Shown piece after piece: positions 37,590 through 47,716 of a stretch of DNA of 64,000 bases. Where the stretch lies: IMG/VR virus record IMGVR_UViG_3300042373_001362, positions 64,001 through 128,000 of that record; one strand, 5' to 3'. The notes beneath the pieces were generated by a model. That model was not told the DNA's origin and made no database searches. It saw nothing but the letters and a program-made list of their open reading frames with translations. The position numbers and the translations under genes were made by a program. The DNA comes from a virus. How positions within the stretch are numbered: position 1 is the first letter of the stretch; each line of letters starts with the position of its first letter.

Positions 37590-38720
37590 TGTACGGCACA
37601 CGGCATAGCACACACGCAATCACATAGCACATACGCAACGCACACGCAAGCACACAGCACACAGCACACACGCAGTGATACACGCACACGCACACACGCA
37701 CACAATCGCTTATGGGTTGTATGGGTTGTATGGGTTGTACGGGTTACGGGTATCGCACACACACGCACACACGCAGTGTGTATCGCAATCGCACACCACA
37801 CCACATCACACGCAATCGCCCACCACACCACATCACACGCAATCGCACACATACGCAAACGAATACACACACATCACATCACACAGTGACGTCACACGCA
37901 GTGACGCAACACATCATCACATCACATCACATCACAACGCACACATACACATACGCACACACAGTGACACATCACATCATCACGCACGTATCGCATACAC
38001 ACATCACACGCACACACACGCACACGCATAGTGTCATCACATCACATCACATCACATCACATAGTGACGCACACGCAGTGACACACGCACATCACACATC
38101 ACACACACACGGTGACGCACGCACGCACGCACACGCATAGGTACGCATAGGTACACACATAGGTACACACGCATACACACACGCACACGCACATAGGTCG
38201 CTAGGCGTCACGGGTTGCCTTCGGGTTACACACACACATAGGTACATACACATACACACACATAGCGCACGCTATGTCACTCACCTACATAGGCATACAC
38301 CACATCACCCCATAGGCATACACCCCTACCCCCTATGCCCCCTACCTACATAGCCCACATACATACACACCCCTACACATCAGCTACCCCTAGTGAGGTG
38401 AGGCGCAAGGTGCTATGGGTAGCCCTACGGGTATCACACACATACCTAGTACCCACCTAGTACCTACCTAGTACCTACCTACATAGGTACACATACATAC
38501 ATACCTACATACCTGCCTACCTGCCTACCCTATGTACCTACCTGCCTAGTATCCATAGCCCTATCGCCATTAGCCCCATTAGCCCTATCACTATGCCCAT
38601 ACATACCACTGTCGTATCCATACATACACGCTACCCATACACACCCCTACATACCCCATTGCCCAATAGGCGAGGGACACCCCACCTACCCACACCCCAT
38701 ACACATACCCCATACACAAA
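37590..38720. repeat. Non-coding low-complexity CA-rich tract (CACAC/CACAT/CATAC/CCTAC units), including (TATGGGTTG)3
   Basis: Directly visible, with strong C+A skew on the + strand and mostly alternating purine-pyrimidine sequence in its first ~650 nt. Confidence 0.9.
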
Positions 38721-38723
38721 TGC

Positions 38724-38752
38724 TTGACTTTATCCACAAGGGGGATTACTGT
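38724..38752 (+). promoter_or_regulatory. SigA-type promoter TTGACT-N17-TACTGT with a perfect DnaA box (TTATCCACA, 38730-38738) in the spacer
   Basis: Sequence match; the ATG lies 7 nt downstream of the -10. Confidence 0.6.
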
Positions 38753-38759
38753 AAGAGGT

Positions 38760-39050
38760 ATGGAAAACAGCACCACATACAGCACCTACTACAAGAGGCG
38801 CATAGCAGTAGCCAGCATCATCACTATCGTAGTGATGGTACTGTCCTACCTGCTAGGCACAGACATTGACAATGGCTATGACTACACCTGCCCTATGGCG
38901 AGCGTGACAGTAGAGCAAGGCGAGACACTTGCCAGCATCACAGAGAGATACTGTGAAGGTCACACACTCCAAGCAAGTTGGGACATAGCAGAGAAGCGTG
39001 GCACTAGCGCAGTGGACATAGGCGACATCATTCATCTAGGGGGCAAGTGA
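38760..39050 (+). CDS. Membrane-anchored LysM domain protein
   Basis: TM helix followed by VTVEQGETLASI.ERYC...VDIGDIIHL. Confidence 0.75.
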   Translation: MENSTTYSTYYKRRIAVASIITIVVMVLSYLLGTDIDNGYDYTCPMASVTVEQGETLASITERYCEGHTLQASWDIAEKRGTSAVDIGDIIHLGGK

Positions 39051-39150
39051 GGTGAAGCACATCAGCGAACTACTAACAGAGGTCGTGGCAAAACTTGTCG
39101 GTCAAGAGGGGGAGCAGATAGTATTAGAGGAGAGCGACAAGGAGAACGCA

Positions 39151-39369
39151 ATGTCATTAGACGACAACTCACACACACGAACACACGACAAGTTCGCACT
39201 CTGCCCACGTTGTGAAGGCTTTATCCCAAACAACGACACCCCAGGTGCTTACCCAGGTGCTATCTCACGACTAGACAACAAGACAGAAATCTGTTCAGAG
39301 TGTGGAACGATTGAGGCAATGCTTGATTGGCAAGGTGAACTCACTGATTGGCGTAAGCCACAGGAGTAA
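39151..39369 (+). CDS. Small Zn-finger protein (CPRC...GAISRLDNKTEICSECG)
   Basis: SD AAGGAG; a degenerate copy of the TTGTCGG promoter lies at 39095. Confidence 0.65.
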   Translation: MSLDDNSHTRTHDKFALCPRCEGFIPNNDTPGAYPGAISRLDNKTEICSECGTIEAMLDWQGELTDWRKPQE

Positions 39370-39398
39370 AAACATCACGTCACCTGTACTATTCAGGT

Positions 39399-39677
39399 AT
39401 GAATGATGAGCCAAAAGAACTAGCACTCGTAGCCTTCTCAATGGAGGAACTAAACGAACTACGCCGAATACTCAAAGGCCACTGTCGCTCACTCGCAAAC
39501 AGAGAAGCGAGAGGCGACGAAGTCCCGGCAATCAAAGTGGAGCTCGCCAACACAATGCTCCACAATGTAACTGACACGCTGTTAGAGGTTGAGACATACG
39601 ACATCATTGGTGACGCAATGAGAGACGGCACGTTTGAGGAAGTCGTTAGAAGTTGGCAAGGCGACACGGGTGCTTGA
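39399..39677 (+). CDS. Hypothetical protein
   Basis: TACTAT-N6-ATG leaderless start. Confidence 0.6.
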   Translation: MNDEPKELALVAFSMEELNELRRILKGHCRSLANREARGDEVPAIKVELANTMLHNVTDTLLEVETYDIIGDAMRDGTFEEVVRSWQGDTGA

Positions 39678-39709
39678 CGGGTATCCACTACACATAACGC
39701 ATACATAAC

Positions 39710-39750
39710 AAAAGCCCCCTCTCCTGATTGCTCAGTGCGAGGGGGCTTTT
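39710..39750. terminator. Bidirectional intrinsic terminator between convergent genes
   Basis: AAAAGCCCCCTC...GAGGGGGCTTTT. Confidence 0.75.
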
Positions 39751-39793
39751 GTCTAAGAGGGATTGGAATGGAAACGCTCCCCCTTAGTTCTTG

Positions 39794-40243
39794 TTAGAAC
39801 GGCTCGTCATCTGCTCCGACATTAGCGAGTGTGCGCTTTGTGTTGGGGCGTGGGGCATTGGTGCGAGCACCACCCTGACCACCTTCTGAACGCTGACGGC
39901 GAGTTACCTGCTCAATGGCTGAGGTGTTGATAGCGATTTGCTCTGCTACTACCTCAACTGCTGAACGGGTGTTGCCTTCTTTGTCCTCGTAGGTGCGCTG
40001 TTCCAAGCGACCGATTACTACAACGCCAATTCCTTTTTCCAAAGTCTTTGCTGCGTTTTCTGCTGTGTATCGCCAAGCAACAACATTCACGAAAGAAGTC
40101 TTTTCCTGCTTTTCGTTGTTGGCGTCGTACCAAACATAGTTCACTGCTACTGAGAAGCCAAGTCGTGCTTGACCACTCGTTGTAAAGGTGAGTTCGGGGT
40201 CTTGGGTGATGTTCCCAATTACCGTGATTGGACTGTTATTCAT
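39794..40243 (-). CDS. ssb: Single-stranded DNA-binding protein
   Basis: ITVIGNITQDPEL.FT.SG, FSVAVN, F.NVVAW..AEN...L.KG..VVV.GRL.QR.YE, acidic tail DDEPF. Confidence 0.95.
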   Translation of the reverse strand: MNNSPITVIGNITQDPELTFTTSGQARLGFSVAVNYVWYDANNEKQEKTSFVNVVAWRYTAENAAKTLEKGIGVVVIGRLEQRTYEDKEGNTRSAVEVVAEQIAINTSAIEQVTRRQRSEGGQGGARTNAPRPNTKRTLANVGADDEPF

Positions 40244-40385
40244 TTCATCTCCTTGTGGGGCTAGGAGACTTACGATAACAGCTCACTACACCTCACGCAA
40301 CACCGAAACGCCATTTTCTTTTACGACAACATTTTACACAGGGTCGTGGTTGTGATAGCCTCTACGGGTGGGCTAGGGTGACCAA

Positions 40386-40727
40386 ATGACAGACACACCC
40401 AAGACCCCCGAACAGAGCGAAGCCTTCATAGCAGTAGTGACAGCAGTCGGAGACGCTCTCTTTCTGCTCCTCTCTGATGAGACATTCACAGAGGACGAAA
40501 TAGAAAGTTTTAGTGCTGACACCAATGAGGTAGCCATTCTTGCTCTCGGAGCGTTTGACCCACAGGTGATTGACACAGAAACACTCGGTGACGGCTCAAA
40601 GAAGTTCACATTCAGTATGACTATCCCGACTACTGACACTTTTGACACATTCTGGAACCACTACAAAGAAGTCCTCGGAGAGTACCCCACAGATGACGAC
40701 GATGAAGACGACGAAGACGAAGAATAG
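40386..40727 (+). CDS. Acidic hypothetical protein
   Basis: 113 aa. Confidence 0.6.
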   Translation: MTDTPKTPEQSEAFIAVVTAVGDALFLLLSDETFTEDEIESFSADTNEVAILALGAFDPQVIDTETLGDGSKKFTFSMTIPTTDTFDTFWNHYKEVLGEYPTDDDDEDDEDEE

Positions 40728-40836
40728 TCAATAAACACAAGTGTCCTAGACACTAAAACACAGGTGTAAAATAGATACACACCAAACGCCCCCCTACTAA
40801 CAGGGCAGTCCTATCCCCTTATCAAAGGAAAGACCA

Positions 40837-41943
40837 TTGCCAAATAACCAGCGTTACCTACTGCCCTTTCTCATTGCCTCGCTTTTTACGGCGAGCACTG
40901 CCCACGCTCTAAGCGTAGATAAGGGGGTCGGCTCAACAGCTGGTCAAGAGACCACATCAACACTCGTGGTCTTGGCAAAGCCTCTCTCTGCTCCTTCACA
41001 CACAACTCTTGCTTTTGACAAGACCCCCAACGCTCCGGTAGAGTTTTGGGAGAAAATGGCTGTCTGTGAAACCAACAGCAATTGGCAGAACACGGGTCAA
41101 TGGGCAGGTGGACTAGGTATCTACACAAAGGGCGAGTTCCCTCAGTCAAGTATGGGCACTTGGGAACGCTACGGTGGCGAGGAGTTTGCTCCCTCTCCCG
41201 ACAAAGCGACCAAAGAACAGCAAATCATCATTGCTAACCGTATTTCCGTAGAGGGTTGGAAAACCACAGTGACCCGTGACGAAGTGCGAGCAAAGGCTAT
41301 GGGTGTCCCACAGGTCTATGAGTGGCATCAAAAACCCGTTGGGTTCACAGGGTGGGGTTGCTACAAATCCAAATCAACAGGCAAGCACCGAATGGCGAAG
41401 CCTCTGTTGCTCCACTACGACCCAAAGATGGTTCCGATAGTTCAGTACCATTTCAACCAAAGAGGCATCATTGTTCAGGACTTACAGAAACTAATCGGCG
41501 TTACTCCTGACGGTCACTACGGGGTAAAGACAAGAGAAGCACACATTCGTTACCTCAAAGAACACAAACTATCAACACTTGGAGTTGGTGTTCTACCGAC
41601 ATTCCTTAGTGGGAACTATCCAAAAGACAAGACAAAGCGTTGTCCACAGTGGGAGGGTCGCCTTCGTTTTCACGGACTACAACCCGTAGACCGTTTCTCT
41701 TACATAATGTGGAGAGAGAGCCGTTGTCAAGAAAAGATAGTTTCTAAACCAAACTCAAACGGTACAAGAGACTACGGGTTGCTACAAATCAACTCATCTT
41801 GGGTCACAGTAACAAAGAAACTGTGTGGTGGCAAGGATATGAAAGTCCTACTGAACCACAAGTGTAATCTCAAGGTGGCGAAGTATCTACTTGACAACGG
41901 TGGGCTTGGTCATTGGTCTGCTACATCAGGTTCAGACAAGTAA
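40837..41943 (+). CDS. Secreted cell-wall hydrolase: Rpf-like transglycosylase, peptidoglycan-binding domain and SLT/lysozyme-like domain
   Basis: Signal peptide; WEKMAVCETNSNW.NTG...GGL...TW..YGG.EFAP.P..AT.EQQI.IA; LQKLIG..PDG.YG..T; IMWRESRC...DYGLLQIN..W...CNL.VA. Confidence 0.85.
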   Translation: MPNNQRYLLPFLIASLFTASTAHALSVDKGVGSTAGQETTSTLVVLAKPLSAPSHTTLAFDKTPNAPVEFWEKMAVCETNSNWQNTGQWAGGLGIYTKGEFPQSSMGTWERYGGEEFAPSPDKATKEQQIIIANRISVEGWKTTVTRDEVRAKAMGVPQVYEWHQKPVGFTGWGCYKSKSTGKHRMAKPLLLHYDPKMVPIVQYHFNQRGIIVQDLQKLIGVTPDGHYGVKTREAHIRYLKEHKLSTLGVGVLPTFLSGNYPKDKTKRCPQWEGRLRFHGLQPVDRFSYIMWRESRCQEKIVSKPNSNGTRDYGLLQINSSWVTVTKKLCGGKDMKVLLNHKCNLKVAKYLLDNGGLGHWSATSGSDK

Positions 41944-42654
41944 CTACGGAGAGACTTTTCCGTTAGCAATCCAGCTTTCGTAAGTAATTGGCATTTCCTT
42001 AGAAAACAATGTCTCAACAGCGTTTGCGTATTTGCGAATGTCAAGTTGTGCGTTCTCGTCTGTCCTGAGCGAAAGAAAGTTCATCAAAGCACGGGCGTTC
42101 ACTGTCCAATAGAACTGAGTGAACATTCCCATTGGTAGGACAGTTCTCGCCAACTCCTTAGCAACACCAAGAGCCAGCATCTCAGCGTAAGCCTCATAGG
42201 CGTTACTGTTACTCTCAGTAATTATCTCGGTCGTTCTCAGTGCCGTACTCATATCAGCCTGCTTGAACTTGTAAGCCCCGGGCTTACCTGTCTGCTCTCG
42301 CACCTCAGCAAGCTCAGGCACGAACATCTCATTAGGAACCTCTGAGTAGCGAGCCGAGAACTCATTGAAAGAACCAATACGGTGACGAAACCACTCACGG
42401 GCTACAAACACAGGGCACTTGATGTGGAAACGAAAAGCGTTATGCTCAAACGGAGTACCGTGACGCTCTCTCATTAGGAAGTTGATTAGTCCAACTTCTG
42501 CGTCTGTCATCTCGACTTCATCTTCCCTATTGCGAGCAAAACTCACACGGGCTGAGTTCACAACAGAATAATCGTCAGCCATACAGTTGTCAAGCCGAAC
42601 GAATCCGTTACCAATGTTTAGTGTGTTGCTGTCTATGTTGTTCATAGCGAACAT
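41944..42654 (-). CDS. thyX: Flavin-dependent thymidylate synthase
   Basis: ARVSF, H.TPFEH, RHRIGSFNEFSARY, ELARTVLP, NARALMNFLSLR....AQ..IR. Confidence 0.95.
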   Translation of the reverse strand: MFAMNNIDSNTLNIGNGFVRLDNCMADDYSVVNSARVSFARNREDEVEMTDAEVGLINFLMRERHGTPFEHNAFRFHIKCPVFVAREWFRHRIGSFNEFSARYSEVPNEMFVPELAEVREQTGKPGAYKFKQADMSTALRTTEIITESNSNAYEAYAEMLALGVAKELARTVLPMGMFTQFYWTVNARALMNFLSLRTDENAQLDIRKYANAVETLFSKEMPITYESWIANGKVSP

Positions 42655-42663
42655 ACTACTCTG

Positions 42664-42736
<73 letters not shown>

Positions 42737-42908
42737 TTATTTTGTTACGAGCATACTCGCTCTCGGGATAAAGTTTCTCTATCACTGTTGGGACTTTACG
42801 ACACAATCCACAACGCCCCATAGAATGATAAGCACTATGTCTGTGTATCGGCCAGTCTCGACAACAGCGCAAAATAATCAGTTGATTCCAAAACTCATCA
42901 CTCATTAG

Positions 42909-42980
42909 CACCCCCGATAGGAATCGAACCTACGCACATAGTTTAGGAAACTACTGCTCTATCCACTGAGCTACGGGAGT
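42909..42980 (-). tRNA. tRNA-Arg (CCU)
   Basis: Reverse complement ACTCCCGTAGCTCAGTGGATAGAGCAGTAGT-TT CCT AA-ACTAT..GGTTCGATTCC..CGGGGGTG. Confidence 0.9.
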
Positions 42981-42986
42981 TTGACA

Positions 42987-43367
42987 CTACGCCTGCGCTG
43001 CTGCGTCAAGGAACCATTGGTTGTGTGGGCAAATGTTCAAAACTGCGTGTCGCACCATAAATCCGATAAGAGCAACATCTCCACCTTGGGGAACCATTCG
43101 TGCCAAATCACTAAGAGACATTCCTTCGTCAATCGCGTCACAAGCAATTTGACCGAACTCCACAATCCACTTGCGACCGTGAATGTTTACTGCGTCAGGG
43201 AAGCCTTCCATCACTGCGTCAAAGTAACCCTCGACACCACCTCTAGACTCAGGTGCTGTCACGGGTGGGTTTGTTGATTCAGGCGTAGTAGCTTCAACTA
43301 CAACAGTTCTTGTTCCACACCCGACAAGAGTTACGCTTGCGAGTATTACGAGTATTGCTTTTTTCAT
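42987..43367 (-). CDS. Putative lipoprotein (DUF732-like)
   Basis: Lipobox LVGC; GQIACDAID.G...AVLNICP. Confidence 0.65.
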   Translation of the reverse strand: MKKAILVILASVTLVGCGTRTVVVEATTPESTNPPVTAPESRGGVEGYFDAVMEGFPDAVNIHGRKWIVEFGQIACDAIDEGMSLSDLARMVPQGGDVALIGFMVRHAVLNICPHNQWFLDAAAQA

Positions 43368-43399
43368 TTTCTCTCCGTTTGTTAGATACACAAGTATCG

Positions 43400-43472
43400 T
43401 ACCCCTAGCAGGGCTCGAACCTGCGACGCACGGATTAAAAGTCCGACGCTCTACCAACTGAGCTATAGGGGC
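43400..43472 (-). tRNA. tRNA-Lys (UUU)
   Basis: Reverse complement GCCCCTATAGCTCAGTTGGTAGAGCGTCGGA-CT TTT AA-TCCG..GGTTCGAGCCCT..TAGGGGTA. Confidence 0.9.
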
Positions 43473-43681
43473 GTGATTAATCTAGGTAGTAATCGTTTTC
43501 TCTCTTTTTACGCCTTGCGTCTCGAGCGTTTCTTTCTGCGTTCTGAGCAAAGAAAACACCAGCGAAAAAGATAGCTGTCGTCTGTATCAGAAAAATGATT
43601 AATTCAACCATTCCTTAAACCTAACACCTAAAAGCACATAAGTCAAGCATTTACGCAAGCTCGCCTGCTCCCGGGCCCCGT

Positions 43682-43897
43682 TCACTCGTCAAGGTCGTCG
43701 TCTGGCTCAATCCCTATGGCATAGCCAAAGATAGCGTCCCAACGTTCTTCTTCAGTCATTTGTCGTGCCTTCTCTGTAACCGAGTAAAGCCATTGACCGT
43801 CATCTGTTATGCCTGTGACGGTGACGAGCCCGAGCGCAACTAGCGTTTCTAGTTCTCGCTCTATTTCCTTACGGGGGTCATCTTCGTCATAATCCAC
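43682..43897 (-). CDS. Small acidic protein, probable paralog of 61746-61946
   Basis: LVALGLV....DDGQWLY..TEKA..MTEEE. Confidence 0.55.
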   Translation of the reverse strand: MDYDEDDPRKEIERELETLVALGLVTVTGITDDGQWLYSVTEKARQMTEEERWDAIFGYAIGIEPDDDLDE

Positions 43898-43934
43898 AAT
43901 AAACGAATAATACCACCAGCCCGTGGTCGCAAAA

Positions 43935-44804
43935 TCAGCAAGTAATCGTGGTCTTATCAACAACAATGTTGTCCGTGCTAACGAACTCCAAATCTGCGCT
44001 TCTGTCGGTGATGCTCATAAACAATGCGCCGTGATGCTTATTTGACAAGAAAGCAGAGCCCTCTACGGGTGTCCTGACACGACGTAAATCTTTTCCACCA
44101 GTGCCGACAACGAACTGAACAGGCTGTGTGTCAAATCGTTCGTAATGATGGTCGTGTCCACTCAGCAGGACATCAACACCATACTGAGTCATCAGGTCAA
44201 AAGAGTCCTTCATAAACTTGGAAGAACCGTGAACTCCTGACGAGTATCTAGGGTGATGGGCCATCACAACAACACACCTCGATGCGTTCTTTTGTAGTTC
44301 CGACTCGAGCCATAAGTATTGGTCTGAGCCTTTTCCACAATAAACGAACCGACACTCATCATTCGTGTTCATTACCACGGCAACCCAATCGCTGTTGATG
44401 TCGAAAGAGTAATACCCAGGCTTCGGATACTTCACCCACGTCGCATAGTAACCACGAGCCCCGGCTTCTGCGTACTCGTGGTTGCCAGCAACAGGTTTGG
44501 CAATAGGTATCAGGTCAGACCAAATGGGCGCAAAGTTCTCTTGGAAGTTCTTGATTGTATGACTTTGATACTGAATGTCCCCTAGAAGGAACAGGTGGTC
44601 GGGTTGTCTACTACGAACGACAGAAGCAACATCTGCGTCTACGCAAGGATACTTTCCACTGTTTCGCTGTGTTTTTGAGCAGGAAATGTCACCAACAGAA
44701 GCAACAATCACGGGTTCAGGCTTTGTCTCAATGGTTGTTGTAGTCGGGGAGTTGTTTGAGCAGGCGTACAGAAAGACGATAAACGCACTCATAATCTTTT
44801 TCAT
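43935..44804 (-). CDS. Secreted/lipoprotein calcineurin-like metallophosphoesterase
   Basis: VGDI, LGDIQY, AGNHEY, HHPRYS, SGHDHHYER. Confidence 0.9.
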   Translation of the reverse strand: MKKIMSAFIVFLYACSNNSPTTTTIETKPEPVIVASVGDISCSKTQRNSGKYPCVDADVASVVRSRQPDHLFLLGDIQYQSHTIKNFQENFAPIWSDLIPIAKPVAGNHEYAEAGARGYYATWVKYPKPGYYSFDINSDWVAVVMNTNDECRFVYCGKGSDQYLWLESELQKNASRCVVVMAHHPRYSSGVHGSSKFMKDSFDLMTQYGVDVLLSGHDHHYERFDTQPVQFVVGTGGKDLRRVRTPVEGSAFLSNKHHGALFMSITDRSADLEFVSTDNIVVDKTTITC

Positions 44805-44805
44805 C

Positions 44806-45414
44806 TCAGAACCAAGCCTTTTTGATAGTACGAGCAATGTATTTTGCTCTTAGTTTTGACCCAGTGCTACCGTAGTGAACTCCGTCAGGATTTAGCAAGC
44901 CCCTGTTCTTTGTGATAACTTTGTCCCAGTAGATAATAGAAAAACCGTATTTATCCGACTTTTTCTCCAACATTGCGTTCCAGTTACGGGCTGACGGGTT
45001 GTTTTTCTTGCCCTTCCACACTGTCACCCAAGCAACTTTCATTCCTTTGAGTTCCCTCATTACGGAAGCAACACGAGTTCCGACATCTTGATACTTCCAA
45101 GCAGGGCTGTCGTTTGTTCCCAATGCGATTACCCAGCAGGTATTTTGGTCAGACCTTTTCTTCCAATACTTCACAGCCTCTAAGCCAGTGTGCCTATCGT
45201 TAGGCAACTTACTCAACACTGAGCGACTGCCGTGAGCAGAGATAACAGCGTTCGGGTATCCGAGTTTCTTGTATTCCTTTTGTTGGAACTCTCGGGAATG
45301 GACACTGAGCGAGTCTCCAATGTGGACAATGTTTGAGCAACCGTCTGTGGCTCTTGCTTGCTGAGGGATAGCGATAGCAGTGACAATAAGTGCTGAGAGT
45401 AGAAGCTTCTTCAT
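44806..45414 (-). CDS. Secreted SGNH/GDSL hydrolase
   Basis: Signal peptide; IGDSLS, ALGTND, DGVH. Confidence 0.85.
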   Translation of the reverse strand: MKKLLLSALIVTAIAIPQQARATDGCSNIVHIGDSLSVHSREFQQKEYKKLGYPNAVISAHGSRSVLSKLPNDRHTGLEAVKYWKKRSDQNTCWVIALGTNDSPAWKYQDVGTRVASVMRELKGMKVAWVTVWKGKKNNPSARNWNAMLEKKSDKYGFSIIYWDKVITKNRGLLNPDGVHYGSTGSKLRAKYIARTIKKAWF

Positions 45415-45520
45415 TCCGGGCCCCGTTCCTAGTAGATAAGACGGCAGAGCCCTAGTCCGAACACAGGCTCTACCGTCTTGATGTGACAGGCTACTAAGGG
45501 AAGGCTGGTCTGCCAACCCC

Positions 45521-45724
45521 TTAGAAGTTGGCTCGGGGGACTTGTGCGCCACACGCATACTCGGCAACACGACCCCACGGACGGCAGTCACAGTAGACAC
45601 AACGGTCAAACTGAGGGTCAAAGTAGTGAGTGTTGTAGTTTTCCGACTTTTCTGCGTCCGACCCCGAAAAAGGGACAGGGGCATTGACGGTAGTAGGGGC
45701 AAGGATTTCGCTGTTTGTTTCCAT
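45521..45724 (-). CDS. Leaderless microprotein (METNS..., CxxCxC)
   Basis: ATG 36 nt from the TTGTCGG motif at 45760. Confidence 0.75.
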   Translation of the reverse strand: METNSEILAPTTVNAPVPFSGSDAEKSENYNTHYFDPQFDRCVYCDCRPWGRVAEYACGAQVPRANF

Positions 45725-45839
45725 ACCTAAATCTTAGACAAACCCACCCATACCCGACAAGTTTCACTACGGGCAGGTAGTTGGGACTATGATGAGTTCA
45801 GATAAATCTATCCATACGGATAGGAAGGACACACGGAAA

Positions 45840-46865
45840 ATGGCACACGAACTAGAGTTTGACCGTAAGGGCTTGGCGAAAATGGCTTACGCTGACCGAG
45901 AAGTGCCGTGGCACAGGCTAGGAACGCCTATGAAGGGCTTACAGACGGCTGAGGCAATGCTGGCAGCAGCACAGGCTGACTATGACGTAGTTCTTGCCAA
46001 AGTTGCCGTAGTAGACGACGAAGGCAACTTCATCACCAACCCTGACGGGACTCCTGTGCTGGTGGACGACAGCCGTGCCACAGTCCGAGTGAACCCTGAC
46101 GGCTCATTTGACGGATTGTCCACAGTTGGGACAAGGTATGTAGTCCAACAGAACCGTGAGTGCCTTGAGTACGCCCTCGCCATTGTGGGTGCGTCTAAGG
46201 GTGACGCAGTTGTGGACACTTGTGGAGTTCTCCACGGTGGGCGTGAGTTCTTTTCATCTATTGACTTGGGTGGTCTAATCATTGACCCCAAGGGAGTGAA
46301 TGACAAGATTGAGCGTTACCTGCTTGTTCGCAATGGTCACGATGGCAAGACAGCGATTACTTTCGCAAACACAAGCATTCGTGCCGTTTGTAAAAATACC
46401 GTTATCGCTGGAATGAACAATGCTCAACGGGTATTCACGGCTCGCCATACAAGAAATGTGGAAACTGCTCTCGCAGAGGCTCAAAGCATTCTCAACATCT
46501 CAACCGAGTGGGCTAAGTCGTTCAGCGCAACAGCCGAGAAAATGTTGTCAATCCCGATGAGTTTGAGTTCAGCAAGAATGGACACGCTTATCGGTGCTCT
46601 CTATCCCGAAAAGCCCCAAGAAACCGACAGACAAAAGCGCAATAGGGACAACATAACTATGACCATTCGTGCTCTCTATCAGACAGAAAGAAACTCTGCT
46701 GGATACGGAGACAACGGCTGGTCTGCTTACAACGCTGTCGTGGAATACCTTGACCACTACCGAGACGGTGGAGTTACGGAACGGGCGATTGCGTCTATGG
46801 ACGCAAACTCATCAGTCACACACAAGAAGATAAAAGCCCAAGAAGTTATCTTGTCATTCGCTTGA
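45840..46865 (+). CDS. DUF932 / phage-plasmid TIGR03299-like protein
   Basis: PWHRLG, VG.RY..QN, T.G.L.GG..F, YLL..N.HDG, T.IR.VC.NT, RHT, W.AYNAV.EY.DH. Confidence 0.9.
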   Translation: MAHELEFDRKGLAKMAYADREVPWHRLGTPMKGLQTAEAMLAAAQADYDVVLAKVAVVDDEGNFITNPDGTPVLVDDSRATVRVNPDGSFDGLSTVGTRYVVQQNRECLEYALAIVGASKGDAVVDTCGVLHGGREFFSSIDLGGLIIDPKGVNDKIERYLLVRNGHDGKTAITFANTSIRAVCKNTVIAGMNNAQRVFTARHTRNVETALAEAQSILNISTEWAKSFSATAEKMLSIPMSLSSARMDTLIGALYPEKPQETDRQKRNRDNITMTIRALYQTERNSAGYGDNGWSAYNAVVEYLDHYRDGGVTERAIASMDANSSVTHKKIKAQEVILSFA

Positions 46866-46911
46866 CACACCCACGGGTTATCATTGTTGTACGGACTGAA
46901 GGGACGGAACA

Positions 46912-47397
46912 ATGGATTTCTTTGATGAAGAAGACGACGAAACGTTCGCAAGCCCCGAGGAGCTCGCTGTCTGGCTGAGCGAGTTTATGGCTCAAACATC
47001 AGACGCAGAAGTAATGTACCGAAACCACTTCTGTACTATGATTGCTAACCGTGTCTATGACGAGTTCGGACACGAAGGCCTGTGCGAACTGATGATAGCA
47101 ATGGACAAGAAGGCTGGCTGGATTTCGGACATCATCATTGAGAACAATGACCTCGATGAAATACTGTTCAAGAAGTACGGCGTGTATGACCACAACATTG
47201 TCTCAAAAGCTCGCAAAACAGAAGCCGTTCAGGAAATGAACACAAAGATTTGGAAGTTACGCCGTAAGTACGCCAAAGCAATAGTGGACGAGCTGATGGT
47301 AGCCCCGTCTGACCCCACCCCGATTGACCCACTGCTAGAAGAACAAGAGACGCAAAAGCCCACCGACAGCGACAACGGTGGGACTTCTACGGAGTAG
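46912..47397 (+). CDS. Hypothetical protein
   Basis: 161 aa. Confidence 0.65.
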   Translation: MDFFDEEDDETFASPEELAVWLSEFMAQTSDAEVMYRNHFCTMIANRVYDEFGHEGLCELMIAMDKKAGWISDIIIENNDLDEILFKKYGVYDHNIVSKARKTEAVQEMNTKIWKLRRKYAKAIVDELMVAPSDPTPIDPLLEEQETQKPTDSDNGGTSTE

Positions 47398-47442
47398 ACA
47401 ACGGGGGGCGTTGCCTGCTCAGATTTGTGAGGTTGCGACTAT

Positions 47443-47676
47443 TTAGTAGTCGTCATCATCACCCCAGCCGATACCAGCAAGGGCGTTAGCGTCAGCCCAG
47501 CCGTCAGTTTCGTACGGCTCCGTACTGTCATCACGGACAACGCAGTCGCAGTCATCTTCACATTCGCAGTCTTGCTCCCACTCACAAGCACCCTCGTGCT
47601 CAAACTCCAAGTCGCAATTTACGCAATACGACATAATGTAGGGGGCAGTTTCGGCAATTTCGCTGTTCATTTCCAT
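47443..47676 (-). CDS. Leaderless acidic Cys-rich microprotein
   Basis: ATG 36 nt from the motif at 47712. Confidence 0.75.
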   Translation of the reverse strand: MEMNSEIAETAPYIMSYCVNCDLEFEHEGACEWEQDCECEDDCDCVVRDDSTEPYETDGWADANALAGIGWGDDDDY

Positions 47677-47716
47677 ACACACAGATTAGCAAGACCCACC
47701 CCAGCCCGACAAGTTT

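Noticed and set aside
37472-38785. His/Thr-rich or Cys/Val-rich ORFs in the CA-rich tract
   Set aside because: These are artefacts of low-complexity sequence open in several frames on both strands, with no phage-like codon usage.
40740-40836. c-di-AMP (ydaO) riboswitch upstream of the Rpf gene
   Set aside because: The region is short and lacks the recognisable conserved riboswitch motifs.
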